Shown here in pieces: positions 7,110-15,912 of a stretch of 26,442 nucleotides of DNA; the stretch's first letter is position 1; every line of letters begins with the position of its first letter. Both the position numbers and the translations under genes were made by a program. The DNA is taken from positions 1 through 26,442 of the IMG/VR virus record IMGVR_UViG_3300020255_000009; one strand, 5' to 3'. The notes under the pieces were generated by a model. The model saw only the letters and a program-made list of their open reading frames with translations. It had not been told where the DNA came from and searched no databases. Source of the stretch: a virus. Its lineage: Duplodnaviria > Caudoviricetes.

Positions 7110-7658
7110 ATGAAAATATATACTGAAGTTGTATGGACTTGGGACGAAGATAAAGGAGAATTAGTAGAAGAATCTTCTAAATCTTTTAATTACGAAGGTC
7201 CAGTAGAACAAGCAAGCAGTTGGGACCAATTATGGGGTTTGGGCAAATACGAAGGTCGTGGCGGTTTAATGCACAACCTAAATCAATTGTTTGATATATC
7301 CCAATCTGGATCTTTGTTTGGGTATTTTTTAAATCGTGATGAAGGTCTGTTGCATAATTTTGAAGGCTGGAAAAGAAAAACATTTGGTTCAGGTGATAGT
7401 AACGATGACGATCCAGTATCCGTAACTCCTGCTGAAATAGAAGAAATGATTACCCCTGAACCTACTCCAGAATTAGATCCAGGGTTAGACGATGCTATGA
7501 ATGCACCGCAATTTACAGATGTATCTATGGCATCTAAAAGAGCCTCTACTCGTCAAGCTTTAGGAAGCAAAGGTTACGATACTAGAACATCACTAGGTCG
7601 TACTACTACAGAAACAAATAAAAAAAGATACGGAACCGCTTTAACTAGAAATGCATAA
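7110..7658 (+). CDS. Hypothetical pre-portal protein (182 aa); possible virion or ejection protein
   Basis: Good SD (AGGAGA), TAATG coupling to the portal gene, acidic Pro-rich middle and basic T/R-rich tail, as in small pre-portal proteins of these podoviruses. Confidence 0.8.
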   Translation: MKIYTEVVWTWDEDKGELVEESSKSFNYEGPVEQASSWDQLWGLGKYEGRGGLMHNLNQLFDISQSGSLFGYFLNRDEGLLHNFEGWKRKTFGSGDSNDDDPVSVTPAEIEEMITPEPTPELDPGLDDAMNAPQFTDVSMASKRASTRQALGSKGYDTRTSLGRTTTETNKKRYGTALTRNA

Positions 7659-9331
7659 TGGATGGTGCATCTGAAAATAATCCAGTAAACGATTTACTGA
7701 AAGAAGAAGAGCATCTAAAAGCCAATAGGGGTAATTGGGAGGCCCATTGGCAACAGTTAGCAGATTTGATGCTTCCTAGAAGAAACGACTTTCAGGCTAC
7801 TCAAAGTAGAGGGGCAGAAAGACGAGCTAAAATCTTTGATTCTACTCCATGTCGTGCAGTTACTAGATTTGCATCTGGTATGCATAACATGATGACTCCT
7901 TCCGCAGTTCCTTGGTTCATATTAAAACCACGGTTTCGTCCGTTAGAACAGAATAGGCAAATCCAGCTATGGCTTGAAGAAGTTCAAATTCAAGTGATGG
8001 AAACCCTGTCAAGACCTCAATCAAATTTTCATCCTTCAGCTTATGAATACTATACTGACCTTGGTACATTTGGTACTGCGGTTATGTATATCGAAGACGT
8101 TCCGGGCGAAGGCCCATTGTTTCGTCATTTTGGACTTAATGATTGTTTATTGGCCTCAAACAAAAATGGATTCATTGATACATGCTTCCGTAACTATAAA
8201 CAAACTGCCAAAGACCTCTTTGAAAGCTATCCAGTAGAACGACTTCCAGAATCCGTAATTCAGAATTTGGAGAATGGTAAAATTTATGAAGAATACGATA
8301 TGATTCATGTCGTAAAACCTTACCATTCTGTAAAGCCTGGACCTTTATTAGAAATACAAGCTCCATTTGTATCTTTAACTATCTGTAAGAAAGAACGGAT
8401 GTTAATGGATATAAATGGATTCGAAGATTTTCCATATGTTAGTAGCAGATGGAATAGAAATCCTTTAGAAATATATGGTAGAGGGCCAGGAGTTGATGCA
8501 CTTCCAGATATTCGTATGCTTAATGAAATGGAAAAAACATTTCTTAAAAGTGTACAAAAAGCAGTATCACCTCCGCTAATGGTTCCTGATGATGGATTTC
8601 TTGCACCATTACGAACTACACCAGATGCAGTTAATTATTATCGTGCAGGATTAGGTGGTCGTGAACTTGTATTCCAAATGCCTACTGTTGGTCGGATTGA
8701 ATATGCCGAAGCTAAAATGGGAATGACACGGCAATCTATTGAAAAGACTTTCTTCCTTGATCTCCTAGAATTACCTGGCCCTATGGCTCCAGATGGAGAT
8801 GTAATGCGGTTTTCTGCTACTGAAATAGCAATGAGGCAAAGAGACAGGATGACCGTTATCGGCCCAATTGTCGCTAGACAGGAAGTTGAATTTTTGTCTC
8901 CGCTTTTAAATAGAACAATGAAAGTCATGGCACGAAATGGTCTGTTGCCTCCTGTTCCAGAAGAATTTGCGGAAGAACCAATAAAAATAGAATACGTCAA
9001 CCCTGTTTCAGTATCTATGAGATCCGTTGAAATGAATGCGGTATCTCAACTAATACAATTTATAATGCCACTTGCTCAAATTGATCCTAATGTAATTAAG
9101 AGATTGAATCCTCAACGCATTACTACAATGGGTGTCGAGATTCTTCGTGCGCCACCTTCGGTTGTATATACTGAAGAAGAAGCACAAGAGATTGCGAGGC
9201 AAGAGCAAGAAGAAATGGCGAGACAGCAACAAATGGAACAAGCTATGGTAGAAGCAGAAGTAGGTGCTACCAGAGCAAAGGCTACTAAAGATATGGCAGA
9301 AGCTCAGAATGCTACTGAAGAAACAGGCTAA
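7658..9331 (+). CDS. Portal (head-to-tail connector), T7 gp8 / BPP-1 Bbp21-like
   Basis: 557 aa with WEAHWQQLADLMLP, DLGTFGTA, FPYVSSRW...YGRGPGVDALPD, PPLMVPDDG, SATEI motifs and a Q/E-rich C-terminal coil. Confidence 0.95.
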   Translation: MDGASENNPVNDLLKEEEHLKANRGNWEAHWQQLADLMLPRRNDFQATQSRGAERRAKIFDSTPCRAVTRFASGMHNMMTPSAVPWFILKPRFRPLEQNRQIQLWLEEVQIQVMETLSRPQSNFHPSAYEYYTDLGTFGTAVMYIEDVPGEGPLFRHFGLNDCLLASNKNGFIDTCFRNYKQTAKDLFESYPVERLPESVIQNLENGKIYEEYDMIHVVKPYHSVKPGPLLEIQAPFVSLTICKKERMLMDINGFEDFPYVSSRWNRNPLEIYGRGPGVDALPDIRMLNEMEKTFLKSVQKAVSPPLMVPDDGFLAPLRTTPDAVNYYRAGLGGRELVFQMPTVGRIEYAEAKMGMTRQSIEKTFFLDLLELPGPMAPDGDVMRFSATEIAMRQRDRMTVIGPIVARQEVEFLSPLLNRTMKVMARNGLLPPVPEEFAEEPIKIEYVNPVSVSMRSVEMNAVSQLIQFIMPLAQIDPNVIKRLNPQRITTMGVEILRAPPSVVYTEEEAQEIARQEQEEMARQQQMEQAMVEAEVGATRAKATKDMAEAQNATEETG

Positions 9332-9608
9332 AAGAGCAACTAAGTATTTTGATCTCCTAAATAGTGATTTAGGAAAAGAGGTGTTAGCGGATATGTGTGA
9401 TCGACATTTTATGTTGACAACCACGCATGTTCCTCATGATCCGCATACTACGGCTTTCAACGAAGGAAGAAGGGCTGTTATTGCGGAATTAATCCAACTT
9501 GCAGGAACTAGCCCACTAGAAATGCAAGAAAAAATTAAACTCCAACAAAAGGAAGATGGAAGAAACTCAAGAGATGGTATCGGAGAATCCGACTTCGGAG
9601 AGTTCTGA
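9309..9608 (+). CDS. Bbp19-like small protein between portal and scaffold
   Basis: Y..L.S..GKEVLADM...F...T....DPH.TAFNEGRRAV pattern. ATG 9309 preferred over the 9264 start in the track. Confidence 0.8.
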   Translation: MLLKKQAKRATKYFDLLNSDLGKEVLADMCDRHFMLTTTHVPHDPHTTAFNEGRRAVIAELIQLAGTSPLEMQEKIKLQQKEDGRNSRDGIGESDFGEF

Positions 9609-10392
9609 ACAAGCCCCAACTACTGCGTTAGGTGGAGCCTCAGATCCTCTTACGTTTGACCCGACTACCTTACCCGATGGTTTGGACCGAGAACCTTCAT
9701 TAAGGAACTTTGACTCTGTAGATAAACTTGCCAAAAGTTATGTACATGCGGTTAAAAAAATGGGTGTTCCTCCCGAACAAGTGTTAAAAATGCCTAATGA
9801 TGAAGCATCATGGGATGAAACTTATAATGCTTTAGGTAGGCCAATAAGTCCTGATGGATATAATTTTGATAACTATGAGCATGAAGGTGGTGATTTAACC
9901 AACTACAAAGAAATGGCACATAGGGCAGGATTAAATCAAGCACAGGCAGAAATAATACTTGACACAGTACAAAATAATATTATAAATTCTGAACAGGCTT
10001 ATGAAGAGCAAAGAGAGCAGGAAGAAGTCAATGGACTTAAAGCTTTACAAAAAGATTGGGGTCCAGAATTCAATAAAAACCTGAATCTTGCTCAAAGAGT
10101 TTTTAATCGGTTTGCGGATAGTGAAACTCTGGATTACATAGAAGAAACTGGAGTCGGCAATAATCCGCATATGATTAAAATGCTGGCACGGATCGGAGAA
10201 GCTTTCTCAGAAGGAGGTCCCGTTCTAACTGGCGAACCAAGGGGATCTGGTTTATCTCCCCAAGAGGCTCAGGAAACGATTACTGCAAAGTTATCTGATC
10301 CTGAATTTAAACGAGCTTACATGACAGCATCACATCCGAATCATCGGGAGGCTGTTAAAACCATGCAGAAATTGTACGAAAAATCTGCATAA
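9556..10392 (+). CDS. Capsid assembly scaffolding protein
   Basis: Acidic 278 aa with LAKSY, YNALGRP, GLNQAQA, LQKDWG, GNNPHMIK and HPNHREAV motifs, directly upstream of the major capsid gene. Confidence 0.88.
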   Translation: MEETQEMVSENPTSESSEQAPTTALGGASDPLTFDPTTLPDGLDREPSLRNFDSVDKLAKSYVHAVKKMGVPPEQVLKMPNDEASWDETYNALGRPISPDGYNFDNYEHEGGDLTNYKEMAHRAGLNQAQAEIILDTVQNNIINSEQAYEEQREQEEVNGLKALQKDWGPEFNKNLNLAQRVFNRFADSETLDYIEETGVGNNPHMIKMLARIGEAFSEGGPVLTGEPRGSGLSPQEAQETITAKLSDPEFKRAYMTASHPNHREAVKTMQKLYEKSA

Positions 10393-10408
10393 ATCAGAAT
10401 CGGTATCC

Positions 10409-10504
10409 CACTAGATCCGCAGGGACAATCCTTGGACCCCTGCAAGTGACTAGGCTGGAATCCTGAATAGGACAACTCCATAGGGTAGATTCACCAAACT
10501 CTAT
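10409..10504 (+). promoter_or_regulatory. Structured 5' leader of the major capsid gene (three hairpins)
   Basis: GCAGGG 10419-10424 / CCCTGC 10438-10443; TGGA-A-TCCT 10456-10464 / AGGA-CAAC-TCCA 10469-10480; ATAGGGT 10480-10486 / ACTCTAT 10498-10504. Confidence 0.55.
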
Positions 10505-10517
10505 TGTATGGCGTATT

Positions 10518-11477
10518 ATGTCTAATCAGATCACGACCAGTATGGTCAAGCAGTTTAGTGATAATCTTGGGCTGGTAGCACAGCAACAAGGTTCTCGCTT
10601 GCGTAATGCCGTGCAGTTGGAAGCTGGTAAAGTTGGTGAAGAATACTTCATGGACAAAATCGGCAAGACCAATGCACAAAAAGTCACTAGCAGACATGCG
10701 GATTCTCCTTTAATTGAGACACCACATGAACGTAGGCGTGTCACTCCAACCGATTACGATTGGGGAGATATGGTCGATTCCTTTGATATGCTTCGGGTTA
10801 TCATTGCAGATCCAGCAAGTGCATATGTAACTACTGGAGGAATGGCACTCGGAAGAGCAATTGACGAGGAAATCCTAACGGCGGCCTATGGAACAGCCTA
10901 TCTTGGAAAAGATGGATCAACATCGGCAGAGTGGGATACTACAGACAGTAATGTAGGGTCAGATGTCAGCGTTGTTGCTGTAAACTCTACAAAACATACT
11001 GGAGCAAACGCGGCCGATACCGGATTATCTGTAGCTAAGTTAATAGAAGCTAGAGGTATGTTAATGAAGAATGAAGTTCTCAATTATAATGAGGGCGGGA
11101 TTTCTGATGTATATTGCGTATGTACTCATAGGCAAATTGAAAATCTGTTGGCTTCTACTGAAGTAAACAGCATTGATTATAATGCGGTAAGAGCATTGGT
11201 TGAAGGACAAGTTCATCATTATATGGGCTTTAACTTTATCCAGACAGAGCTTGTACCGACTGCAAGTGTAACTGGACAAGGTACAGTTACTTGTGACCGT
11301 GTTCTTGTTTTCCAAAGGAATGCTTTAGGGCTTTGCATTTGGAATGACATTAATGCACGAATCGAAGAAAGAGCCGATAAGCGGTTTTCTCTTTATGCTT
11401 ATGCAAAGATGACAATCGGCGCAACTCGTCTTGACGAAAAGCGCATGGTTGAAATTCAATGCAATCAAGCAGGGTAA
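10518..11477 (+). CDS. Major capsid protein (HK97 fold; BPP-1 Bbp17 / epsilon15 gp7-like)
   Basis: 319 aa with VKQF...QQQGSRLR, SRHADSP..ETPHERRRV, ALGRAIDEEI, DYNAVRALVEG...MGFNFI and GATRLDE motifs. Confidence 0.95.
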   Translation: MSNQITTSMVKQFSDNLGLVAQQQGSRLRNAVQLEAGKVGEEYFMDKIGKTNAQKVTSRHADSPLIETPHERRRVTPTDYDWGDMVDSFDMLRVIIADPASAYVTTGGMALGRAIDEEILTAAYGTAYLGKDGSTSAEWDTTDSNVGSDVSVVAVNSTKHTGANAADTGLSVAKLIEARGMLMKNEVLNYNEGGISDVYCVCTHRQIENLLASTEVNSIDYNAVRALVEGQVHHYMGFNFIQTELVPTASVTGQGTVTCDRVLVFQRNALGLCIWNDINARIEERADKRFSLYAYAKMTIGATRLDEKRMVEIQCNQAG

Positions 11478-11527
11478 TTAACACTCTAATGGGGGAGGAA
11501 GGAAATGCCCCCCCAGAAGGCTAAAAT

Positions 11528-12016
11528 ATGGCAAATGTACAAAGTACCTTAGTTTCAAATGAAGCTAATGTACCAATTATATATAATAAAGTTGGACTCT
11601 ATGGTGCGAGACTTCGTTCCATTGTAGCAACTGCCGAAACTACAGGTTCAAATAACGATACATTTGTATTTTGTAGATTAAATCCTGAATGGAGGATTAT
11701 TCATATTTGGCTCCACAATGACGCATGTTCTGGTGGAACTGATTATGATTTTGGCTTGGTATCCGATGTTTCTGCAACGGCAGTAGACATTGATTGTTAT
11801 GCTGATGGATTGACACTTGCTTCAGGTAGAACATCTGCACCTCTCGACATCGCATACACCACAAGGGGTATCGAAAAGATGGGGCAATTTGTTTACGAAG
11901 ATGCTGGTCACACTACGGCTAACAAGTTGACAGAATATTGGCTTGGAGCTAAAGGCAATACTGCTGGAGCTTCAGCTAAAACTATTATGGTTAATGTCCA
12001 ATTTACTGTTGACTGA
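11528..12016 (+). CDS. Putative capsid cement/decoration protein (Bbp16 / epsilon15 gp10-like)
   Basis: 162 aa, beta-strand-rich, directly after the major capsid gene, ending in a short hydrophobic strand (VQFTVD). Confidence 0.7.
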   Translation: MANVQSTLVSNEANVPIIYNKVGLYGARLRSIVATAETTGSNNDTFVFCRLNPEWRIIHIWLHNDACSGGTDYDFGLVSDVSATAVDIDCYADGLTLASGRTSAPLDIAYTTRGIEKMGQFVYEDAGHTTANKLTEYWLGAKGNTAGASAKTIMVNVQFTVD

Positions 12017-12018
12017 TA

Positions 12019-12699
12019 ATGGCAACTGGATCTGGAATTACGGAAATTGCTAATATCGCCTTAACTAATTTAGGTGAAGCAACTATTTCGGACGTTCAGA
12101 CAGATAATAACGAGAGGGCAAGACTTCTTAATAATCGTTTTGACGATATTAGGGATTCTGTCCTCCGTTCCCATCCTTGGAATGTTACTGTTAGGCGGTC
12201 TGTTTTATCTGCTTATACTTCAACTCCTGCGTGGGGTTATAAGTATGCATTTACATTCCCAACTGATACTACTAAAGACCCTGCCGAAAAATGTTTAAGA
12301 ATATTGTCGTTGCAGGATCATACCACTCCGTATCGAATTGAAGGCAATGAGATTCTTACGGATGCATCTACTTTGAATGTTAAATGGCAAGCAAGAGTTA
12401 CGGATTTAACAACTTTAGATCCTATTCTAAGAAATGTTATGGGTCTTAGGATTGCTTGGGAGTTAGCGGAACCTTTAACTGGTAAGACTTCTCTTAAAGA
12501 TGAAATGTTCCGTAAATATTCAGCTATGTTACAAGAAGCTAGAAGTCTTGATGCACAAGAAGGTGGTTCAGTAGAAAGAATTGAAATAAATACATGGTTG
12601 GATTCCAGATTAGGTGATTACAGAACAGATTATCGTCCTGTTGATTGGCCTAGTGATGGAACTGCCTATGGTACTACCTATTCATGGGGCAAAGCGTGA
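12019..12699 (+). CDS. Tail tubular protein A / adaptor (T7 gp11-like)
   Basis: EIANIALTNLGE, VLRSHPWN, YKYAFTFP..D..CLR, YRIEG..I.TD motifs. Confidence 0.9.
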   Translation: MATGSGITEIANIALTNLGEATISDVQTDNNERARLLNNRFDDIRDSVLRSHPWNVTVRRSVLSAYTSTPAWGYKYAFTFPTDTTKDPAEKCLRILSLQDHTTPYRIEGNEILTDASTLNVKWQARVTDLTTLDPILRNVMGLRIAWELAEPLTGKTSLKDEMFRKYSAMLQEARSLDAQEGGSVERIEINTWLDSRLGDYRTDYRPVDWPSDGTAYGTTYSWGKA

Positions 12700-12705
12700 T
12701 ATTAA

Positions 12706-15306
12706 ATGGGAACTGTACAGAATATCCAAAGTTCCTTTTCCGAAGGTAGAATATCGCCCAGATTACATGGGCAGATAGATATACCATCCTACAAAACATC
12801 TGTTAAAACATTAGAAAACTTTATAGTCCTTCCACAAGGATCTGTAGCAAGAAGGCCAGGAACTTATTACGTTTCTGAAGCATCTACTACAACAGATTAT
12901 CAGTCTAAGTTAGTCCCATTTTACTACGGGCAAGGACAAAGTTATGTCCTAGAGTTTTATGCCGACAATATTAAGATATTTTACAACAATGGTATTTTAG
13001 GGCTTCAATCCAATAATGCTACACAGTTTACTATTGCCAGCACAGGATATACGGCTACTGAAATTGCTGATATTAAATATATCCAAAGTGCAGATGTTAT
13101 TTTTTTAGCTCATCCTAATCATCCTCCAAAAAAAATAGAACGTACTGTTCCAACATCTAGTGAAACTGGTTATAACTCCAGAGCAGAAGATGGATCATAT
13201 TGGGCTATATCTAATATAGATTTTGTAGATGGTCCGTATGATGAGCTAAATAAAGTTGATGCTAGTTTATTTAAAATTGAAAAACCTAATAGTGGTGGTA
13301 ATACAGCTTTAGATTTAGTAGAAATTGGAGGTGTTGGTGTAGATACAGCTTTGGATGCATTTGTAAATTCATCTCATGGTTTACAAGCAGGAATGAAAAT
13401 ATATTTTCACAAAGATGGAATAACAAATGGTGGTGCTGGTAATTTAGTAACAGATGATGCTAATAATGCTTTTGCTTATTTTACCAGTAGCGACAATGCA
13501 ACTGCTACATCTCAAGGCAATAGCACGACTTATTATGTAGTAAACCCAACTGCAACTACATTCCAAATTACAGATGAGATAAGTTCTGATGGTGTATTAG
13601 GAACTCCAATTACATTTAAATTATCAGGAACGAATACAAAATGGACTGGAAAAATTAATGTAGTAAAAATGATCTTAAAAAAAGATCGTACTAATGTTCG
13701 GTTAATAGCAACAAACCATACGCCTTTTACAACAGGGGGTAGTTCTCCAGATATAGGTGTTATTTACAGAGTAAACGTATTAGCTGGAAAAGATAGAGAT
13801 AAAATAAAAGGCATACGTTGGACTTCTGTAAAAATAACATCAATTGTCAGCACAGGAGAAGCAAAAGGAACTCTTCAAGAAGATTGCGTTTTAGATAGTG
13901 CTGATACATTAGAATGGAATGCAGGAGTATTTAATTCTACAAATGGCTATCCTAGTGATGTCTCGTTATACCAACAACGATTAGTATTTGCTGGCACAAA
14001 AAAATATCCCGCAACAGTTTGGTTTTCTAAAACTGGTGATTTTTTTAATTTTGCTTCGTCTGAATTATTAGGATCATCCACAGGGAACATTGACCCAACT
14101 GGTGCTGTAATTCTTGGAGAACAAATTTTAGATGATAATGCACTTACCTTTACCATTGATTCAGATACAGTGGACAAGATTTCATGGTTATCTGAAGGAA
14201 CCAAATTGGCAATTGGTACAACTGGTGGTGTATTTACTATATATGGTTCAGAGAATGATCTTACTTTAACTCCTTTTAATTTTACGGTTGTAAAAGAATC
14301 TGCATATCCAGCAGGATCAGCAGATGCATTACAAATTGGTGAAAAAATGTTATACGTTCAGCAAAATGAACGTAAAATCCGTGAAATGAAAACATCTGGG
14401 GAACAACAAGAAGAATATGGTGCAATGGATCTTACTTTAAGATCAGAAGATATTACTTATTCTGGTGTCAAAGAAATGACGTACCAAGAACAACCTTTTT
14501 CAGTCGTTTGGGGAAGGCTTGGAAATGGGAAATTGATTGCATTGACACATGAATCATCTTTAAACATGTATGCATGGTCAACACACACTATAGGTGGTAC
14601 TCATACTGATGCTACTTATGGTAATCATGCAAAAGTAGAATCTATTATTACAATCCCAGAAGATAATAGATCACAAACATGGATGATTGTTAAAAGGACA
14701 ATAGGTAATAGCACTAAAAGGCAAATCGAGTACATGACTCGGTTTCATGATGCACAAGAAGTTGCTCAAGTAGATGCTCATTTTGTAGATAGTGGTTTAA
14801 AAACTTACAATTCTAATGCTTTTACGACAGCAAGCGGTTATGGTCATTTGGAAGGGCAGACTTTATCTGTACTCGGAGATGGTGCGATTCAACCAGATCA
14901 ACAAGTTGCTTCTGGTATTATAGGTTCCACTACGGCCCTTATATCCTCTAATACTGTAGTGGCAGGACTAGGTTATACCTCCGAGTTAGTCACCCTTCCA
15001 ATGACTATGGGAGATGGTGGTGGATCATTCGTAATTGGAAATAAACGGATGATTAAAATAAACATAAAAATGCTAAACAGCTTAGGTTTAGAATTTTCTA
15101 TGGAAGGTCAGGATTATGAAGAAGTTGTTTTTCGTAATCCTTCAGAAGATCAATATGGAAACATGGTTCCTTTATTTAGTGGTAACAAAGAAATGGCTCC
15201 AATAGCAAGATCCTTTGAATCAGAAGGAGTTTCTTTTCGATGCAATCAACCATTTCCATTTACGATTCTTTATATAGCACAACAATTTGAAGTCAATTTG
15301 GGGTAA
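12706..15306 (+). CDS. Tail tubular protein B / nozzle (T7 gp12-like)
   Basis: 866 aa with SFSEGRISP, NFIVLPQG...RRPGT, QSADVIFLAHPNHPP, GYP....YQQRLVFAG, VWFSKTGDFFNF, AWS.H, VDSG, HLEGQ and GLGY motifs. Confidence 0.93.
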   Translation: MGTVQNIQSSFSEGRISPRLHGQIDIPSYKTSVKTLENFIVLPQGSVARRPGTYYVSEASTTTDYQSKLVPFYYGQGQSYVLEFYADNIKIFYNNGILGLQSNNATQFTIASTGYTATEIADIKYIQSADVIFLAHPNHPPKKIERTVPTSSETGYNSRAEDGSYWAISNIDFVDGPYDELNKVDASLFKIEKPNSGGNTALDLVEIGGVGVDTALDAFVNSSHGLQAGMKIYFHKDGITNGGAGNLVTDDANNAFAYFTSSDNATATSQGNSTTYYVVNPTATTFQITDEISSDGVLGTPITFKLSGTNTKWTGKINVVKMILKKDRTNVRLIATNHTPFTTGGSSPDIGVIYRVNVLAGKDRDKIKGIRWTSVKITSIVSTGEAKGTLQEDCVLDSADTLEWNAGVFNSTNGYPSDVSLYQQRLVFAGTKKYPATVWFSKTGDFFNFASSELLGSSTGNIDPTGAVILGEQILDDNALTFTIDSDTVDKISWLSEGTKLAIGTTGGVFTIYGSENDLTLTPFNFTVVKESAYPAGSADALQIGEKMLYVQQNERKIREMKTSGEQQEEYGAMDLTLRSEDITYSGVKEMTYQEQPFSVVWGRLGNGKLIALTHESSLNMYAWSTHTIGGTHTDATYGNHAKVESIITIPEDNRSQTWMIVKRTIGNSTKRQIEYMTRFHDAQEVAQVDAHFVDSGLKTYNSNAFTTASGYGHLEGQTLSVLGDGAIQPDQQVASGIIGSTTALISSNTVVAGLGYTSELVTLPMTMGDGGGSFVIGNKRMIKINIKMLNSLGLEFSMEGQDYEEVVFRNPSEDQYGNMVPLFSGNKEMAPIARSFESEGVSFRCNQPFPFTILYIAQQFEVNLG

Positions 15307-15309
15307 TAT

Positions 15310-15912
15310 ATGGCTATAGGAATGGCAATATTAGGTGGCCTAAATATGGGTATGTCTATTTGGGCGGCACAGCAGAAAAAAGCTTTAGATATGCAAGCCG
15401 CGAATGAAATGGAAAACGTAATGGCTGAAAATGAAATTGCTAGAAATCTAACTGTAGTGTTTAAACAGAAGCAGTTTGAACGTGATGTTGCATCGGCTAG
15501 AAAAATGGGAGCCTATAAAAAAACAGCAACTTTACTAGAAGGATCAACAAAAGAAGCAAAGAAAAGAACTAAAATAGCAACTAAAGGTGGTGTTAAATTA
15601 ACAGAAGGTACTGCTTTGGACACAATGGTTCAAGAAGCTATGGTCACGCAATGGAAAATGAGCATGGATGACCATAATACTTACACTACTTTAGATAATT
15701 TAAATCATGCTCATCATGATTGGAAATCCGTGAGTGATTGGGAACATAAGGTAAGTCAACGTCAAATGAAGGCCAGAATAAGACTTAAAAAGAGAGGTGC
15801 TGATCTTAATTACACTACTGGCATGGCTAGTGGAATATTAGGTGGTGCTAAAGATATGGGTAGTGGTGATAGTTTTTTTGATGGTCAAGGCAACTGGAAT
15901 TGGGCAATGTAA
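15310..15912 (+). CDS. Internal virion (ejection) protein, T7 gp14-like position
   Basis: Hydrophobic Gly/Met N-terminus, helical middle, GGVKL.EGTALD motif and Gly-rich C-terminus. Confidence 0.7.
   Translation: MAIGMAILGGLNMGMSIWAAQQKKALDMQAANEMENVMAENEIARNLTVVFKQKQFERDVASARKMGAYKKTATLLEGSTKEAKKRTKIATKGGVKLTEGTALDTMVQEAMVTQWKMSMDDHNTYTTLDNLNHAHHDWKSVSDWEHKVSQRQMKARIRLKKRGADLNYTTGMASGILGGAKDMGSGDSFFDGQGNWNWAM

Noticed and set aside
11470-11530. T7 10A/10B-like frameshift extension of the capsid into the cement gene
   Set aside because: The -1 frame is the cement frame but hits TAA at 11522-11524 before the ATG, and there is no slippery heptamer.
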